From: a virus | Taxonomy: Duplodnaviria > Caudoviricetes | Direction: 5' to 3' (one strand) | DNA length: 26,910 nucleotides | Virus record (IMG/VR): IMGVR_UViG_3300027815_000019 | Span: 1 to 26,910 of that record | In this document: positions 23,698 to 26,910 of the stretch, piece by piece | Position numbering within the stretch: position 1 is the first letter of the stretch | Layout of the letters: every line of letters starts with the position of its first letter | The notes under the pieces: model-generated | Seen by the model: the letters and a program-made list of their open reading frames with translations, nothing else | The model's database searches: none | Told to the model about the DNA's origin: nothing | Made by a program: the position numbers and the translations under genes

Positions 23698-24948
23698 ATG
23701 TATATAGGGGACTTCGCAACTGGCATTACGCTAGACACCAAGTTCAATACGCAAAAAGCGGACGGGACGCCGATAACGCTTGCTGGAACGCCATCACTCG
23801 CGGTCTACAAGGACAACGGAACGGTAGAAAGCACGTCGGGGCTTACGCTGACCGTCGATTTCGACGCCAAAACCGGGCTGCACAATGCGCGCATTGATAC
23901 CAGCTTGGATGGCGCTTTCTACTCCTCCGGCGCTAACTTTCAGGTGATGATAGCCGCGGGCACGGTCAACGGCTTCTCTCAAGTTGGGGTAATCATCGCG
24001 GAGTTCTCGCTTAACAACCGCTCGGCGCTGCGCCCGACAACTGCGGGCCGCACCTTGGATGTGTCCGCCGGCGGCGAAGCCGGCCTCGATTGGGCCAACG
24101 TGGGCAGCCCAACCACAGCGCTCGGCCTGTCCGGCACGACGGTCAAGACCGCAACCGACGTCGCGACCCAAGCAACGGACATCCAGGCGCGGCTTCCGGC
24201 CGCACTGGTCGGCGGGCGCATAGACGCCAGCATCGGCGCCGTTGCTGCCGGCGTCATCGCCGCGGCGAGCTTTGCGGCCGGCGCGCTCGATGCGGTGTGG
24301 TCTACCGCAGCGCGGCTGCTAACAGCCGGAACCAATATCGTGCTCGCGAAGGGGACCGGCGTTACCGGGTTCAACGACTTGGATGCGGCCGGCGTGCGCT
24401 CCGCTGTCGGGCTGGCGAGCGCCAGCCTCGACACGCAGCTTACGGCGATCGACGATTTCATCGACACCGAAGTTGCTTCCATCCTGGCCGCGGTAGACAC
24501 CGAGGTTGCAGCGATCAAGGCGAAGACGGACCAACTGGCATTTACCACGGCTAACCGCGTGGACAGTCAGGTGTTTGGTATGCAGGCCGGAACGGTGACG
24601 GCGGCCGCCATCGCCACCGACGCGATCGACGCGGACGCTCTTGCGGCCGATGCGGTCACAGAAATACGGGCGGCGCTTAACAACCTGTCCGCTGCGCAGG
24701 TCAAGACTGAGGTCGTAAACGCACTGTCGGTGGACACCTACGTCGAACCGGGGCAAGGCGTTCCCGGCACCACGGTCCCGCTCACCACCAAGATCGGCTT
24801 CCTGTACAAAGCCTGGCGCAACACACACACGCAGACCATGGATGAATACGCGCTGTTTTCCGACGACGGAGGTACGAAGGACCAGAAGGCCGTCGTCACG
24901 GACAACGGCACGTCGTTTGTACGGTCGAAAGTGACAACCGGGGCCTGA
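23698..24948 (+). CDS. Ala/Thr-rich probable virion structural protein
   Basis: 416 aa with a beta-rich N-terminal domain and Ala-rich helical repeats, located in the head gene cluster. Confidence 0.7.
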   Translation: MYIGDFATGITLDTKFNTQKADGTPITLAGTPSLAVYKDNGTVESTSGLTLTVDFDAKTGLHNARIDTSLDGAFYSSGANFQVMIAAGTVNGFSQVGVIIAEFSLNNRSALRPTTAGRTLDVSAGGEAGLDWANVGSPTTALGLSGTTVKTATDVATQATDIQARLPAALVGGRIDASIGAVAAGVIAAASFAAGALDAVWSTAARLLTAGTNIVLAKGTGVTGFNDLDAAGVRSAVGLASASLDTQLTAIDDFIDTEVASILAAVDTEVAAIKAKTDQLAFTTANRVDSQVFGMQAGTVTAAAIATDAIDADALAADAVTEIRAALNNLSAAQVKTEVVNALSVDTYVEPGQGVPGTTVPLTTKIGFLYKAWRNTHTQTMDEYALFSDDGGTKDQKAVVTDNGTSFVRSKVTTGA

Positions 24949-24949
24949 T

Positions 24950-25273
24950 ATGCCCATTGACACTCGCGACAAGCGGTCGAGCGCGATCAACATCGGCTCG
25001 CCGTGGCGAAGCAAGCTGCCGGCTCCGGATGGTACGGTCCGTGGGTTCGACAAGGCGCATGCGCTCGGGTACTACGGCGCGCTACTTCAGGCAGCGTCGC
25101 GCATCGTTAATGCTTTCGGCTACCGCCGGCGCAGAAAGCCGGAGGACATCCAAGACGAAATCGACGCCGCTCTCGTGGCCGACCGCGCCGCCATCGCAAA
25201 GTTGATTTCGTCAAATGCCGTATTGCGGCGCCAGCAGCATTTCGCGGGTGTGGCGCTCCTTCTTGACCTATAA
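24950..25273 (+). CDS. Hypothetical protein
   Basis: 107-aa ORF starting 1 nt after the previous stop. Confidence 0.65.
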   Translation: MPIDTRDKRSSAINIGSPWRSKLPAPDGTVRGFDKAHALGYYGALLQAASRIVNAFGYRRRRKPEDIQDEIDAALVADRAAIAKLISSNAVLRRQQHFAGVALLLDL

Positions 25274-25321
25274 GTCGAAACATGCGAAGTATGTCTATCG
25301 ACACGTTTTGAAAGGACTTGC

Positions 25322-26356
25322 ATGCCGGGTTCGTCCCCCGAAGATACAGCTGCGATTGAGGCCGATCCCGCCGGTACGGCGGGTGTCACCGAAAGTTCGC
25401 AGCAGGACGTAAAGACCGCAGAGTCGTCCACCGCGGAGAACCAGGGCAAGTCGCTGTTCGACTCCGTCACGGAGGCGTTGCAGCGCAAGGAGAGTTCGCC
25501 CGACTCCGCGCAGGATCCGAAAGCCGATTCTGCTGTCCCCGCCGAAGGCACGATCGAAGCGAAAGCCGAGGTCAAGCCCGAGGAACCGCTCGGTGATCTC
25601 ACCGACGACGAATTAAAGAGGTACGGTCCCAAGACGCAGAAGCGCATCAAGCAGCTTCTTGCGCAGCGCGACGAAGCGATCGAGACGAACACCGGCCTGA
25701 AATCAAAGGCCGACAACTTCGACAAGATCGACGAGTATATTCGCGTCAACCGCATATCGAACGACGACCTCGCGGTCGTCTACGAACTAGCGGCTCTGAT
25801 AAAGAATGATCCCGTGAAGGCATACGAGCGGCTGACGCCGATCTACAACTCGCTTGCCACGATGACCGGGAATGTGCTGCCGGAAGACCTGCGAGAGCAA
25901 GCGCGGCTCGGCTATATCACCGAGGCGCATGCGCAAGAACTGGCGAGGCTACGGTCTAAGGCCGCGCTCAGTGACAACCGGCTAAAGGAAGTCACGAGCC
26001 GCGACGCCGAAGACCAGCAAGCCAGGGCGTTTGAAGGCCAGCGCGGCATGTGCCGCGATGCCTCGAATGAGTGGGAAACAGCGAAGAAGCGATCTGATCC
26101 CGATTGGCACCTGAAGCAGGAACGCATCGGGGAATTGATCGAGCTCTCGCTGCACAAGTCCGGTTTTCCGCCGACCAAGGCTAAAGTCGTCGACATGCTC
26201 GACGGCATCCTCAAGAAGGTCAACACGGAACTCACGCGCTTTGCGCCGAAACTGAAGGCGATCACTCCGGATGTTGGGACTGCTTCGACTCGGGCGAATG
26301 CCGAGCCGAAGACCGTCAAGGATGCGGTCATGGAGGCTCTTGGCACTCGCTCCTAA
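25322..26356 (+). CDS. Probable capsid scaffolding protein
   Basis: Acidic disordered N-terminus plus coiled coil, immediately upstream of the capsid gene. RBS AAGGA. Confidence 0.7.
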   Translation: MPGSSPEDTAAIEADPAGTAGVTESSQQDVKTAESSTAENQGKSLFDSVTEALQRKESSPDSAQDPKADSAVPAEGTIEAKAEVKPEEPLGDLTDDELKRYGPKTQKRIKQLLAQRDEAIETNTGLKSKADNFDKIDEYIRVNRISNDDLAVVYELAALIKNDPVKAYERLTPIYNSLATMTGNVLPEDLREQARLGYITEAHAQELARLRSKAALSDNRLKEVTSRDAEDQQARAFEGQRGMCRDASNEWETAKKRSDPDWHLKQERIGELIELSLHKSGFPPTKAKVVDMLDGILKKVNTELTRFAPKLKAITPDVGTASTRANAEPKTVKDAVMEALGTRS

Positions 26357-26377
26357 TTCGGAAGGATCGAGAACCAC

Positions 26378-26910
26378 ATGCCGTTCACAGCAGAACAAGT
26401 TGAAAATGCCGCAAACGCGGCCCTCAACTTTCACATGAAGAAGGGGACTCCCCGCGACCAGCACATTCAGGACAAGCCCCTCCTGAGCAAGCTGCGCGGA
26501 AAGCAGCGCAGCATTCCCGGCGGCAAAGGCCGTGTGGAAATGCCGGTCGTGATGGAAAACGTCTCTACGCTGCAAGGCTTCGAGTACGACAATTCTGTCA
26601 GCTACGGGTCGCCGGCGAAGATTCGCCGGGTCAGCTATCCATACCGGCTGTTCCACATCGGCGTCAGCTTCAGCATGCACGAACTGATTCACGACGGCAT
26701 CTCCGTCGTCGACTCGGCGGCCGGCAAGAACACCGTTCAGCATTCTGAGCGCGAAGCGACCATGCTTGCGAACATCCTGGATCACAAGATTCGCGATATG
26801 CAGGAAGGCTTCGACAAGGGTCTGAACGAACTGTTCTGGAAAGACGGCACGCAGAGCGCGCTGGCATTTCCCGGACTGTTGTCGCTGATCGTTGACAATC
26901 CGGCAGCCGC
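26378..26910 (+). CDS. Major capsid protein, N-terminal part, runs off the window
   Basis: Own translation MPFTAEQVENAANAALNFHMKKGTPRDQHIQDKPLL...LNELFWKDGTQ..FPGLLSLI, open to the window end. RBS AAGGA; follows the scaffold gene. Confidence 0.85.
   Translation, partial: MPFTAEQVENAANAALNFHMKKGTPRDQHIQDKPLLSKLRGKQRSIPGGKGRVEMPVVMENVSTLQGFEYDNSVSYGSPAKIRRVSYPYRLFHIGVSFSMHELIHDGISVVDSAAGKNTVQHSEREATMLANILDHKIRDMQEGFDKGLNELFWKDGTQSALAFPGLLSLIVDNPAA

Noticed and set aside
14862-24948. Diversity-generating retroelement acting on the fibre genes
   Set aside because: No reverse transcriptase and no template/variable repeat pair seen in the window.
1-26910. Integrase, att site, tRNA or host genes indicating a prophage
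   Set aside because: None recognised; lifestyle cannot be determined from this window.

Overview
A ~27 kb segment of a tailed dsDNA phage (or prophage), probably infecting an alphaproteobacterium, judged from the Rhizobiales-like DnaN and Cro-like proteins and the high GC. The first 10 nt match the Illumina adapter end, so the window probably starts at a contig end. A leftward DNA-metabolism operon (1-6476) encodes a DUF2800-like nuclease, a C5 DNA methyltransferase, an HD hydrolase, an interrupted HAD phosphatase, a RuvC-like resolvase, a DUF6378-like protein and a Cro-like protein. A rightward primase-helicase is followed by an iteron-like candidate origin. A leftward accessory cluster (9708-13785) carries a sliding clamp flanked by direct repeats. 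A rightward morphogenesis region runs TerS, tail fibre, metallophosphoesterase, TerL, portal, accessory virion genes, scaffold and the start of the major capsid gene. Four observations stand out. (1) The methyltransferase is written in two overlapping frames (alpha/beta, EcoHK31I-like), and an HNH-like domain sits in the beta frame while the alpha frame stays open across it. (2) A low-GC fragment of a bacterial RloC/PrrC-like ABC ATPase is spliced into the phage 3'-phosphatase gene, translationally coupled and bounded by 10-bp inverted repeats. (3) Repeat-delimited gene cassettes carry a GcrA-type TGATTCG motif. (4) There is a candidate ~190-nt structured RNA. All family assignments come from motif recognition by eye; no database searches were run.
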